Positions 13,830 through 28,213 are shown, counted from the stretch's first letter. The stretch: 64,000 nucleotides of DNA from Octopus vulgaris (GCA_951406725.2 OX597834.1:33046001-33110000), one strand, 5' to 3'. The notes: a model not told the origin generated them from the letters alone. Translations and numbers: made by a program.

Positions 13830-14695
13830 CAGTGTCTACGTCCTCTATGTGTTGCTATGATTTATAAAAAAAGATATTTCAATTTGGTGCGAATATCAAA
13901 CCAGATACTGACCAGGCGTTTATCTCCTGAATTTAGGCACATCTCATTTGTGTAGCCGATACTAATTTATCCATCACTTGCATTGAAGTATTTAAATGTC
14001 TTCCTGTGCAAATGTGGACATCTTAAGGTTTGTTCCAGTCAACAGTTAAGCAACTGGTGTTTGGATGTAAAAATCTGGAAAATTTCCTTTTCTTTTTTAA
14101 TAGCAAAGTCTTTGATCAGACCCTTGTTATGAAACCGTGAACACTTCGAAAATATATTTGCGCTCATATAAACCACTTTGAATATTATTTTAGCGAGTTT
14201 AAAGTGATTTCTTTTGTGCCGTCAACCATTTACCATTTCTGTGGTGCCCCCTCCTTCGCTTGATGCCCTAAGCACGTGCTTATTTTGCTTAATGGTTAAT
14301 CAAGCGCTAGCTAAGTGTCATCCATTGCTCCATCTCCCCTAGTAGGTAGCCGCTGCTTGGTCTGGGGTTGTTGATTCGTTCGACCGGAGCCCAATTATAC
14401 TGACCATCATACTAGTGCGTATTTATTGCCTGTTTACTGTGTGGGGACCGACATGTCAAGGAACGAACCCAGCGTTTCCTCTGTGCTTCGTAAAAGACAA
14501 CTAAAAGAGGTTGAAGGTTTGAACTCTAACCTCATAGAAGCTTCACCAGCAACGACTACCCCCAAAACAGGCCCATGGGCTGGAGAGACGTCGTCTGAGC
14601 GATGCATAGGGTTCATCTGCCAGGATTAAGTAGGGAGCCAGTCGCCAACAATTGGTGGATGCAGTGACCCGGTGTTACAGCGCATCACCCCATGT

Positions 14696-14738
<43 letters not shown>

Positions 14739-14739
14739 G

Positions 14740-14805
<66 letters not shown>

Positions 14806-14826
14806 TTACTACTGCTGCTGCTGCTG

Positions 14827-14861
<35 letters not shown>

Positions 14862-15199
14862 GTAGAGTAGTTTCAGTTGTCAGACAATTCTGAATTTACT
14901 CAAATTTACGGCCAGATATCGATGCAATAACTAGTCTTCACCAAACACATATTTCACATTAAGTATTCCGTCTTTATCAATATAATATGACTGAATTTCG
15001 TTAAGTGTTTTCGTTGAATTTCTTTAAATGCTTCTCATTTAAGAAGCGATAATAGCACAAAAAGACAAAAGAATTATTGTTTGTAAATCAAACATTTTTT
15101 TATTAATTATACTTTAGAATTTTATTTTAGAAATTTACATAATAACAGGGGTCGATAAGTAATCGAGGATCCCATGAAGGGGGGGGTCAATCATATGAG

Positions 15200-15880
15200 G
15201 CGCTTAACGACACCCTGCTTTACACACAGTCCTTCTTCTCCAGAATCTTTATCCCTCTGGAATTCTCTATCTGCTCATATCTTTCTCGTAGGTGTTTGAC
15301 TAGGAAAGATTCAAGAAGAATCTCATTTGTATAGAAGGGCCTTCAAAAACCATCGTTGCTGCCCATTTCTCCAGAACCAGTAAGTGAAAGATGAATCGGT
15401 TTAGTAACTGCGTTTGATGTAATCGAGCTTTGAATGAGCATGCGCGTTTTGAAAAAGGACAACCAGCAATCGAGGGGAAATCATTAACTGCAGTGTTAAT
15501 CGAGGGGAAATCATTAAGGCAGTGTTTTACGAGTGTCGAAAATTTCATAATCCAACACTTGAATGAGTTGTGATCTTTCCAGAGGTCTATCTATAATTCC
15601 CACAAGCTGTACTTTGTGTACTTTGTGACATACGGACATGATGAAAGTATCTCGCTTGTAGTATTTATACAGTCCGTGGAGGTTCTTAGTTTCTTTAAAA
15701 AGACTTACGGACGAGAACATTAGCTACAGCATTAAATGAAAGATCCTTTCTAAGACCAGACAAAAAAATGTTCTGTGTGCTTGCTTGAAAACCGCCTTGT
15801 TGATTTCACCAGCTTGAAAAATGGCGAAATGAATTTAATATTTCGGCCAGGAAACCGTGGGTAGCTGTATTTCACGAAGC
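15200..15880 (-). mobile_element. Possible very old LINE reverse-transcriptase remnant
   Basis: Ordered degenerate motifs across frames: SPFFK, VLERIF, NLHG, LDYEIFDT, LLESFL, VKQG. Confidence 0.35.
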
Positions 15881-16175
15881 TTTTTATGCGATTTTTAAAA
15901 TTATAATAATACCTTTACTCGATTGTGTGCCAATCTACCTATCCAGCTTCAAACCACACAGCTGTATGTGTAGGGTGGTGGTGTATATATAAATACATAT
16001 TCATATTCCTATCGAAGATGGAGATGAATACCAACGTTTCCACGTGGCTGGCTTGATAATTGCCGAGACATCTCTCTGCATGAAACCATTGGCAATCTTA
16101 TTAATCCATAAATAAGGAATATTTATCCACCAATGCGGTGTTGGGCACTCATTCTCATGGTTCGAAATTAGCTTG

Positions 16176-16244
<69 letters not shown>

Positions 16245-16386
16245 GTGTGCATGTTTGTGTGTGTGTGTGTGTGTGTGTATGTGTTATAGCATGTGAAGTG
16301 TAGTGTCGTGTATATAATGTGTTTATATGAAGTGTACGATGTTGTGCATATGTTATATATTATGTGTATTGTTTGTAAAATGTGAT

Positions 16387-16505
16387 GAAAGTGCGTGGAT
16401 TTGTGGTTAGAAATGTTGGGCTTACCGTTATAAACTCGGGTTCGATTCCCAGGCTGAGCTACACACTGTGTCCTTGAGCAAGACACTTCATTTCACATTG
16501 TTCCA
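16387..16505 (+). mobile_element. SINE family D head fragment
   Basis: GTGGTTAG...GGTTCGATTCC...TCCTTGAGCAAGACACTT matches 46081-46412. Confidence 0.65.
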
Positions 16506-16731
16506 GGAACGGTGCGTTTAGAATGTGCGCCACTTGGGCCACCCCCTTGAGTTTCCCATCCACTTCCCCGAGCCCCCCAACAGTCTACACATGCTTATAG
16601 AACAGACAAAAATCTGCCGCCCCCTTAAAAGTGTCGCCCGGGGCCAATCGCCCCTACGCTTCCTTCCTCTAACTACGCGACTCTACTCCAGTTTATTCAA
16701 CTTAAAATCAGCACCAGCTTTGTGTTGGCAC

Positions 16732-16734
<3 letters not shown>

Positions 16735-16768
<34 letters not shown>

Positions 16769-17272
16769 CTCTCTCTCTCTCTCCCTCTCGCTCTCTCTCT
16801 CTCTCTCTCTTACTAACCCTCTCTCCCCTCTCTCTATCTGTCTGTCTCTCTTTCTCCCTCTCTTTCGCTGTCTCTGTCTCTGTCTCTTTCTCTGCCTCTC
16901 TCCCGCTCTCCCTCTCTGTCACTGTCTCTCTCTCTGCCGCTTTCTCTCCCTCTCTCTCTCCCTCTCTCTCCCTCTCTCACATTCTTTCTCTCTCTCTCTG
17001 TTACTATCTCTCCCCTCTTTCTACCTGTCTGTCTGACTGTCCGTCTCTCTCTCTCTTTCTCTCTCCCTCTCCTTCCCTGTCGCATTCTCTCCCTTTCTCT
17101 CTTTCATTCACTCTCTCTCCTTCTCTTTCTATCTGTCTGTCTGTTTGTTTCTCTCTTTCTCTCCGTCTCTGTCGCTGTCCCTCTTTTTTCTCCCTCTTTT
17201 TTCTCCCTCTTTTTTCTCCCTCTCTCGCTCCCTCTCTCTCTCTCTCTCCCTCTCTCTCTCTCTCTCTTTCTC
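16735..17272. repeat. Degenerate (CT)n polypyrimidine tract
   Basis: Seen directly in the sequence. Confidence 0.9.
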
Positions 17273-17678
17273 AGATTCTAAACGTTCCACTAAATCGAGA
17301 GCGACCGAGCTTAAAAGATGTCTCTCTCAGCTGGTGACTACATACGCACTTAAAACATTTAACGAAAGCATGGCATATGCTGCCTGGTCATGCTACTCGC
17401 TCGCGAGTGACGGCTACGCTCGTGCAAAGTGCGTGTGTTTGAGTCTTGTGTAATACGCGATGTGATGTTTGCGCAGTCGTGAATTGTATGCGTATAAGCA
17501 TATGTGGTGTATGTGATATGCGAGTGTATGAAATGTGTGATGTGTGAGATGTGGTACGTACATTGTATATGTGTATGTTTGTGTGTGTATGTGTGCGCAG
17601 TGTATGACGTTAGGTGTTTGCAGGCGTGTCTGTCTGTGTAATGTACAGGTGTGATATCTATCTATCTATCATTCTTTA

Positions 17679-17718
<40 letters not shown>

Positions 17719-17726
17719 TATGTATG

Positions 17727-17769
<43 letters not shown>

Positions 17770-17896
17770 GCGCGCGCGCACATGTATATAGACATACACA
17801 TGCATATATATATACATGAAGTGTATATGTGCTGCATGTAATGTGTATGCTTGTATATATATATATATGTGTGTGTGTGTGTAATGTGTATGCTTG

Positions 17897-17928
<32 letters not shown>

Positions 17929-18509
17929 ATATGCGCTGTGTGTGTATGTGTGAGTATGTGTGTGAGTGTGTGGGCGTGTCATGTTATGGATGGGATCAGC
18001 ATGTATACACTTAGTTTGTACAAACGTGTGTATGTGTGTGTGCATGTGTGTGTGTGTGTGTGTGCATGTGTGTGTGTGTGTATGATGGAGGGTGCTGTTT
18101 TTGGTGCGTATGACGCGTGCTGTGTGTTGTATGGTGTATAATTTGTAGTATTTAGTGTAATGTCTATGAGTGTGTGTGTGTGTGTGTATCGTGTGGAGTG
18201 TGTATGTAAGAGGATATGGGGATTGTGTGTGTGTGTGCGTACGTGTGCCTGTGAGTTCGTGTGAAATATGCTATTTGCGTTAAATGTGTAACGTGATGTA
18301 TGCATGTATAAATGTATGTATGTATGTATGTATGTATGTATGTATGTATGTATGTATGTATGTATGTTTGTGTGTATGTATGTATGTATGTATGTATATG
18401 AGTATATATACGTTTCCTTGTACGTATATATGTATGGATGTATGTATATGCTTATGTATGTATGTATATATCTGACTGTATGTATATGTATGTGTGTGTG
18501 TATGTGTCT

Positions 18510-18965
18510 GTGTTTGTATGTATATATATATATGTATATCTCTGTATGTATGTCTGTCTATATGTCTGTATGTCTATGTTATGTGTGTGTGTGTGTATGT
18601 ACGTGTGCGTGTGTGTGTGTGTGTGTGTGTGAGTGTGTGTGAGTGTGTGTTTGTATGCATATATATGTATATGTCTGTCTGTATGTCTGTCTATATGTCT
18701 GTATGTCTATGTTATGTGTGTGTGTGTGTATGTACGTGTGTGTGTGTGTGTGTGTGAGTGTGTTTGTATGCATATATATGTATATGTCTGTCTATATGTC
18801 TGTCTATATGTCTGTATGTCTATGTTATGTGTGTGTGTGTGTATGTACGTGTGTGTGTGTGTGTGTGAGTGTGTGTGTGTGAGTGTGTGTTTGTATGCAT
18901 ATATATGTATATGTCTGTCTATATGTCTGTATGTCCATGTTATGTGTGCGTGTGTATGTACGTAT
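18510..18965. repeat. Higher-order tandem repeat, about four units of 110-130 bp built from microsatellites
   Basis: Recurrent TTTGTATGCATATATATGTATATGTCTGTCT...TATGTTATGTGTG...TATGTACGTG. Confidence 0.8.
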
Positions 18966-18993
18966 GTGTGTATGTATGTATGTATGTATATGT

Positions 18994-19034
<41 letters not shown>

Positions 19035-19674
19035 GTTGTTCTTCTTCTTCTTCTTCTTCTTCTTCTTCTTCTTGTTCTTCTTCTTCTTCTTCTTCTTCTT
19101 CTTCTTCTTCTTCTTCTTCTTCTTCTTCTTCTTCTTCTTCTTCTTCTTCTTCTTCTTGTGTGTGTGTGTGTGTGTGCATTTACAATGTGTAGACGCAGGT
19201 AATTTCAGGCTCAGAAGAATACCTGTATGTATATGCACATATGCCTGTTTGGCATGTGAGTGGTAGAGGTGATGGCGGTGCTGTGTGTGTATATATGTAA
19301 GTGTATTTGTACTAGAGCGTGTATATTTGCTTAGATAGATATATATATATGTGTGTGCTACATTATGTGTGTGTATACATACACACTCACGCACACACAT
19401 GATATCAATGTACATATACGTTTGGGTTTACGACATGCATAGGTGTATATATGCGCTTGCGAGTCCATGGGCGCGTGTATGTATATTTATTTGTATAATG
19501 TATGTATATAAGCATGTGTCTGTGTATGTAGAGAGGTGTATATATACATGTGTGTAGAGTGTGATTACATGTAGTCATATATGCCTCAAAGCACATCACA
19601 ATTTAGACTGTTGTGAGTGTCTTACTAGCAATATATATATATAAGTATATATATATATATATATATATATATGA

Positions 19675-19720
<46 letters not shown>

Positions 19721-19833
19721 ACATACATATTGTATATTTTGTGTGTGCATGCATGTGTATGTGTGTGTGTGAATATAGATATGCATGTATGTGTGTATAT
19801 GTAAATATACATATGCATATATATATGCGTATG

Positions 19834-19887
<54 letters not shown>

Positions 19888-19957
19888 GACGTATATGTAT
19901 ATGCATGTATATATATATACATATATGTATGTATATAAATCTATGTAAGTATATGTT

Positions 19958-20009
<52 letters not shown>

Positions 20010-20026
20010 TGTATACATATACATAA

Positions 20027-20075
<49 letters not shown>

Positions 20076-20234
20076 TGTATACATATATGTATGCATGTAT
20101 ACATATACACACACATACACACTCAATCACGCACGCAGATACACTCACACACACACACATACAAACACACGCACCAACACACACACGTACAAGTACGCAC
20201 ATGTGTGTGTATATGTCACATATCGAATAAATGG

Positions 20235-20284
<50 letters not shown>

Positions 20285-20341
20285 TGTGTACGTGTATGAC
20301 TATCTGTGTGTGTAACGTAAGTTGGTAACATACACCAGCGG

Positions 20342-20364
20342 GATGACGTCATTGTGACGTCATC
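20342..20364. promoter_or_regulatory. Twin full CRE palindromes
   Basis: GATGACGTCATTGTGACGTCATC contains TGACGTCA at 20344 and 20355. Confidence 0.4.
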
Positions 20365-20419
20365 TCTCTGGAAATAGAAATAATGCGGCCAGCAACAATA
20401 TGTAGGGTTAGGAGACAGT

Positions 20420-20549
20420 GGTACTGGCAACAGCAGAAACAACAGCAGCAGCAGAAGCAGCAGCAGCAACGGCAGCAGCAACGGCAGCAGCAGCAGCACT
20501 ACCAGTAACAACAGCACAGATGATAATAATAATAATAATAATAATAACA

Positions 20550-20583
<34 letters not shown>

Positions 20584-20773
20584 TAACCATAACAGTAGCA
20601 ATGATAATAACAATAATAATAATAATTTTTTAAAAATAATAATAATAATAACAACAATAATAATAATAATTTTTAAAAAAATAATAATAATAACAATAAT
20701 AATAATAATAATAATAATAGTAATAATAATAATAATAATGATAATAATAGTCATAATAATAATAATAATAATA

Positions 20774-20810
<37 letters not shown>

Positions 20811-20929
20811 CAACAGCAACAACAATAATAATAATAATATTAACAATAATATTAATAATAATAATAATAATAATAATAACAACAACAACAACAACCATAA
20901 TAATAACAATGATAATGATGATGATGATG

Positions 20930-20991
<62 letters not shown>

Positions 20992-21271
20992 AAGAAGAAG
21001 AAGAAGAAGAAGAAGAAGAAGAAGAACAAGAACAAGAACAAGAACAAGAAGAACAAGAACAAGAAGAAGAAGAACAACAACAACAACAGCAATAGAAAGA
21101 AAGCAAACAGCAAACAGCAGCAACAGATACAATACGAACAGCAACAGCAGCAATTACAATAACAACAACAACAAGCAGCGACGGCGACGGTTCGACGACA
21201 AGAGAAGAACAGCAAAACAGCTGCAACAGCAACAACAACAACAACAACAAACAACAAGATTAACAGTAACA

Positions 21272-21302
<31 letters not shown>

Positions 21303-21430
21303 GAAGCATCGGTAACAACTGTAACTGGAGCACAGCAACCGTTACACCATCAGCTGTAGTAGTAGTAGTAGTAGCAGCAGTAGCAGCAGCAGCAGCAGTA
21401 ACAATAGTAACAACAACAACAACGACTTTA
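20420..21430. repeat. Compound triplet repeat (GCA/AAT/AGA/AAC/GTA)
   Basis: Seen directly in the sequence. Confidence 0.9.
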
Positions 21431-21528
21431 ACAGACGCCAAAACAAGAAAGAAGTCGGCGGTCGGGGTTCGAAGAGTTAAGAGAGAAAAGAGAAGAGGAA
21501 AAGGTGAAGAGTGTATAATTTTTAATGA

Positions 21529-21559
<31 letters not shown>

Positions 21560-21590
21560 CGCATACATACATACATGTATGTGTCTATAT

Positions 21591-21659
<69 letters not shown>

Positions 21660-21661
21660 CA

Positions 21662-21711
<50 letters not shown>

Positions 21712-21800
21712 TATATACATACATATATGTATGTATATGTACGTACACGTACATAGAAGCACGTATAGATATATTTCTATATGTGTACATATGTATATAC

Positions 21801-21834
<34 letters not shown>

Positions 21835-21956
21835 TCATAACATACATATTTATATACATGTACATACATACGTATATATATATATATATATATATATACA
21901 TACACACATAGACATGTTTGACAGTGTACAATGTAAAATAGCAGTAGTAGCAGCAA

Positions 21957-22045
<89 letters not shown>

Positions 22046-22322
22046 ACGATAATTACCAGTTGAATAAAAACAATGGTGCTGATTTCTTAATTATGATGAT
22101 GATGATTCTGATGATGATGACTTCTTAACCATCAAGCGTTCACAAAAAAAACATTGGGGGTTGGGTGGGGGACAGTACAGACCGAGACAGTGTAGAATTA
22201 CATAAGAGAGAGACTGCGTTAAAAGGGAGACACTACACTAACAAAGAAACGAAAAAACTCAAAAGAATATTTCCGCAGAAGCGGTTACATCGCCCTGCCA
22301 ACGCCACAAAGCTGCTGCCATC

Positions 22323-22334
22323 ATGTCCTCTAAG
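22323..22334 (+). CDS. Candidate first coding micro-exon (MSSK)
   Basis: GCTGCCATC ATG TCC TCT AAG|GTAAAT in a unique CpG-rich island. No homology support. Confidence 0.2.
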
Positions 22335-22911
22335 GTAAATCGCCCTCTCCGAGTAGTCTGCTACGAACATGCACGCGCAAGCGTAGAGCAGACCCGCTCA
22401 CACGGACCGTGCTCGTCACTTTCAACAAATTTACTGGATGGCAAAATCTGTATATCAGATAAAAGTTGTCAGGAATGTGTTAGATGTTTAAATTGGTAAA
22501 TCAAATAGTGTTACACCCCTAAATTTAGAGGCTAGTTAAACAATGCGTTCATGGATAATCAATGGATTGGTTGTGACACTGATGAAAGAACAATATGTCT
22601 TGAAATATGCATATACACCCATTGTCCTTTTTTCTGTTTTCGATCGCATTATTTACTTAGACATATTTGTGCACGATGTATCATAACTTTCAGAGTTGGC
22701 TCCAAGTTCTATAGACAATCTGTAGAGATACATTTAAAAAATACAGGTAAAAGTATATTGACCATTAAAATTGGTAAGGATATGATCTTCCTGATGCAGA
22801 AATTCCAACTAGGACCAAGTAAACAATCTTCACAGGTCAAGGATGCTGAGAGTAGATCATGTAGTCTTGCTATATTTTGTCAGTCATCTACCTTTTGGAA
22901 ATTAAGGATAG

Positions 22912-22981
<70 letters not shown>

Positions 22982-23027
22982 CCTTTACCCCCTCTCTCTA
23001 ACTATCTATCTCTCACTCTCTTCCTTC

Positions 23028-23135
<108 letters not shown>

Positions 23136-23213
23136 TTATCTATCTATATATATATATCTATCTATCTATCTATCTATCTATTTGTCTATCTATCTATCTA
23201 TCTGTCCATCTGG

Positions 23214-23250
<37 letters not shown>

Positions 23251-23284
23251 CTATCTATCTATTTATCTATATATCTCTATCTAT

Positions 23285-23357
<73 letters not shown>

Positions 23358-23637
23358 ACTCTCTTCCTGTCTATATCTATCTATCTATCTATCTATCCTC
23401 TTCTTCCTTTCATGGCTGAATACGAAAAAGTTAATGGGAATTTGATTGATTATATAAAAGAATCTGTTTATTGTCCTTTCTGCTCGTCCAACTATACAAC
23501 TCCTCCAGCTATGGCCCCGAATTAGAGTGAAACTATTTGCTCTTCTCAGTTAAACAAGATGGCAGGCCGATCATCATGATAAATACGGCCAATAATCAAA
23601 ATGTGTTCGACAGCAGCCATTTTAGAAAACTACAGGA

Positions 23638-23806
23638 AGGCGCAGGAGTGGCTGTGTGGTAAGTAGCTTGCTAACCGACATGGTTCCGGGTTCAGTCCCA
23701 CTGCGTGGCATCTTGGGCAAGTGTCTTCTGCTATAGCCCCGGGCCGACCAATGCCTTGTGAGTGGATTTGGTAGACAGAAACTGAAAGAAGCCTGTCGTA
23801 TATATG

Positions 23807-23839
<33 letters not shown>

Positions 23840-24057
23840 CTGTGTTTGTCCCCCTAGCATTGCTTGACAACCGATGCTGGTGTGTTTACGTCCCCGTCAC
23901 TTAGCGGTTCGGCAAAAAAGAGACCGATAGAATAAGTACTGGGCTTACAAAGAATAAGTCCCGGTGTCGATTTGCTCGACTAAAGGCGGTGCTCCAGCAT
24001 GGCCGCAGTCAAATGACTGAAACAAGCAAAAGAGAGAAAAAGAGAGAGAAAGAGAGA
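23638..24057 (+). mobile_element. SINE family A, full length
   Basis: Runs from the AGGCGCAGGAGTGGCTGTGTGG head to an AAAAGAGAG tail. Confidence 0.9.
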
Positions 24058-25062
24058 AGTCAGTAATGACACGCAGAACAGCATCGTTGGATTGTGTTGG
24101 CTTCGAACAAGCCCATACCTACATAGTTTATGCCGATCTGCTAGTGCCACAGTATAGTTCTATAGGCGAGCGAATAGTTCTATAAGCTCTCCTTAGTCCC
24201 CGATTTGAGTCTCCCGGATCAGACCAGATTCCTCATTCCCGTCGATGCCCAGAGTTTCTCCAAGAATGTTAACGCTCTTCCTTGCCAATTCCAGCTCAGG
24301 CCAGTCTATCTTTTCTCTCCTTCACCTTTATGTTCTCCGTGTCTCTCAAGAATTCTCCCATCACTCATGATATTTTTTTCTGCAGACATCGACTTGCAGC
24401 AGACATTCATGTTGGTATACATACATTCATACATACATACATACATACATGCATACATACATACATACATGCATGCATGCATGCATGCATACATACATAC
24501 ATACATACATACATACATACATACATACATACATACATGCATGCATACATACATACATACATACATACATACATACATACATACATACATACATGCATAC
24601 ATACATACATACATACATACATTCATACATACATACATACATACATACATACATACATACATACATACATACATGCATACATACATACATGCATATACAC
24701 TCACATTATATATGCATGTATGTATATACGCATATATACATGTATATCATATAATATATATTGTTGCTAATATGCAAAAGTGTCGTAAGTCCAAAACGTT
24801 GCTTTTTCAGAAAACGAAAAAATAGTTTCACCATTCCATAGCAAAACCATTTGACAATTTTTGATATCTTGGCATCTGAAATAGTTGGAGATACGATAGT
24901 TTGACCAAAAGAACTGGCTATTGCAAGCAAATATAAATATTGAAAAAAAAACGCATTTGGCCAAATTTGGACATACGACAGTTTAACATAATAGCAAAGA
25001 TATGTATTTTACAGTGTATTACTGTAAAGAATTACTTTAGGAAAGTAATCCGCAGCGGGGCC

Positions 25063-25356
25063 CTGATATTTGATTTCTGAACTCCCATCTCAGTTAACTT
25101 GATCCCTAATTTCTGGTCTCTGATCTCTGGTTTCTGAACTATGATCGCTGATATCTTTCTCTGGTTTTTATCCCTATTTTCTGATCTATGATAATTGATA
25201 TCAGGTCACTGATATCGGATCTCTCATATCTTGTCTCAGGCCTCTGATCCCTACTTTGCGACCCCTAATTTCTGGTTTCTGGTCCCTGATCTCTTATCCT
25301 GATCTCCTATTCTGGTTCCTGATCTCTGACATCTGACCTCTAGCTTCTTGTTCTGT
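25063..25356. repeat. Degenerate 7-bp tandem repeat (consensus about CTGATCT)
   Basis: Periodic units CTGGTCT, CTGATCT, CTGGTTT, CTGAACT, CTGATCC. Confidence 0.75.
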
Positions 25357-26166
25357 AGAGATGAAATTTTTATTATAAATCTGTCTTTTTTAAAAAAAAA
25401 AAAAAGCGAAAGAGATGTCTAAAGACATAATGGTGTGTTTCCTTTTTTTACATCAAAGAGCACAGTTTTTTTCTTTCTTATTTTGATATTGATTTTAGAT
25501 GGATCACACATTAAAATCCATCCCCTGATTTCACGGTGAAACCAAAATGGATTGTATAACGTTTTAATCTTTCTATCCTCTTGTATTTTGTTGTTTTTTT
25601 TTTTTTGTAAACGTTATTCTCTCAAGGACAATGAGAAACGTACGGTGGAGAGGGAAGGAAGAGAGAAGCCGAGTTGCTTAGAACTGAGCAGTGTTAGAAG
25701 AGCTCAGATAAATCTTACACTATAATTCGGCTTGAATATTTACCGACGGACGATGCTAAGTACTATAAGAGAAATTGGGGCAATTAGCAAGGTTTTCCAG
25801 CGTTTATTCGTTGAGAGAAGCCATATTTGAGAATATCCTTTCAATAGCTTCATGTCACAATAGCTAGTCAAGCGGAAACAGTGAAACTGTTGCGTTTCTA
25901 TCGCTTATACCGATCTACCTGTTTTCAGTGGCCTCCGGCCATATTGGCGAAGCGATACAGAGGGGGGCGGGGGGGGGTGGGGAGAGGGTGACAGAGTAAA
26001 CCTATAATACGCGTGAGTGTGGTTTGTCATTTCGTTGTTCTGTGTAAGCATTCATACAGGCGTGCGTGCGTACGTGTGTGTGCGTGTATGTGTGTGCGTG
26101 CGTGTGTATGTGTGTGCGTGTTTGTTTGCGCCGCATGGATGCGTATTTGCCAGCGTATCTCTGCAA

Positions 26167-26329
<163 letters not shown>

Positions 26330-26399
26330 CTTGAATGTTACATGAACATGTAGATACACTAATACATTAATACACACACACACACATAATACTTCACAA

Positions 26400-26612
26400 A
26401 ATGTTTGGCGGTGTCCCGTCCGTCTTTACGTTCTGAGTTCAAATTCCACCTGGTTCGACTTTGCCTTTCATCGGTTTTAGGGGTCAATAAAATAAGTACC
26501 AGTGAAACACTGCGGTTGATGTAATCGACTTAACCCCTCCCTTAAATTTCAGACCTTGTACCTATAGCACAAAGTACTATTATTATTATTATTATTGGTA
26601 GTAGTAGTAATC

Positions 26613-26673
<61 letters not shown>

Positions 26674-26720
26674 TGGTGGTGGTGGTGGTGGTGGTGGTGG
26701 TGGTGGTGGTGGTGGTGGTG

Positions 26721-26780
<60 letters not shown>

Positions 26781-26880
26781 AGGTGGCGATCTGGCAGGAT
26801 CGGTAGCACGCCGAACAAAATGCTTAGTGGCATTGTGCCTGTCATTACATTCTGAGTTCAAATTCCGCCGTGGTCGGCAT
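26400..26880 (+). mobile_element. Two degraded SINE family B pieces flanking a (GTA/GTG)n tract
   Basis: TTCTGAGTTCAAATTCC near 26431 and near 26850. Confidence 0.7.
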
Positions 26881-27957
26881 TCTGTATAGATGTATGTCAT
26901 AAGACGTTCGCTTTTAGATTATGTGGTTTCGGGTTCGGCCCGACTGCGTAGTACCTATGACATACTTCTATAATAGCCTCGGGTCTGCTAAGGCCACGGT
27001 GAGGAAAAAACTTTTATAGGCAGGAAACTGTGAGGAAGCTGCGAAGGCGGAATTTTTTCTGTTCGTTTTGTGGTAGATTTATTTTATTTTTTAGTCAGGA
27101 GGGAAGACAGCAGAGCCCATGGTATTTTACAGGGCCGCCAAGACTTGTAGGAGAGAAGGAAGAAGAGTAGAGGGGGAGGGGAATGAAGGAAGGGAGGAAG
27201 AGGAGAGAGGTAGGGGAAGTAAGGGAGGGAAGGTGGGAGGGAGAGAAAAAGGGAAGAAGGGGAGGGCGGGCTTGATGGAGGGAGAGAGGAAAAGAGGGGT
27301 GGAAGAAGTTGCGTTCAAACCGGAGACGTGGCCTAAATGCAAGAGTGGAGACCCCTTGGCTAAAAACTCCCAAAAGACCAGGAGCTGATGTTAAACTGAG
27401 AGATGCATACAAACTCCAGCATAGCCACAGTCAAATGACTGAAATAAATAAATAGGTTGTTAAAATATTCTGTGTATTGTAGAAATTTAACCAAATTTAT
27501 TGGAAGACAAATTTTAACCGGAAAATCTTCGATTGACCCCGACTAAGGACCACTATTTTAGCGGGATCCGCTCTATAGCAATGATAAGTGCCACGCCTTC
27601 GATATGAGAACAACCCTTCCCCATCTCACCCCCACCCTTCTTGTCACTGGTTTGGGATGTCCTGGAATCAAAACCAAAAGAATGCTGACTTAAATTCTTT
27701 GATTAAACCGTCGGAGAGAAAGGGAAGGATGAGAAAGATGGGGAGAGAGGGAAAGAAAAACGTACAGACATACAGACAGACGGAGAAAAAAGAGAGACGG
27801 AAAGGGACAGCGCCAGGGAGACAGAGAGAGAGAGAGACAGAGGGATGGGGAGAGAGGGGAGAGAGGGGAGAAAGGAAAAGAGTAAGAAAGAGAGAGAAAA
27901 GATGAGAGAAAGGACCAGAGATGGAGAGAGCTAGAGAGCTAGAGAGAGAGAGAGAGA

Positions 27958-27996
<39 letters not shown>

Positions 27997-28045
27997 GAAA
28001 TGAAAGAAAGGAAATTAAAGAAAGGAAATGAAAGAAAGGAAATGA

Positions 28046-28088
<43 letters not shown>

Positions 28089-28182
28089 GTAAAGAAAGAA
28101 AGAAAGAAAGAAAAAAGACAGAAAGAAAGAAAAAGAAAGAAGGGAAGAAAATGAAAGAAAGAAAGAAAGAAAAAGGAAAGGA

Positions 28183-28213
<31 letters not shown>

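Noticed and set aside
15468-15527. 30-bp direct repeat as a CRISPR-like array
   Set aside because: Two adjacent copies with no spacer in eukaryotic DNA; a simple tandem duplication.
19603-21592. Long ORFs (516 aa, 284 aa) and the many YI/HT/VC-repeat ORFs
   Set aside because: They are translations of stop-free microsatellites.
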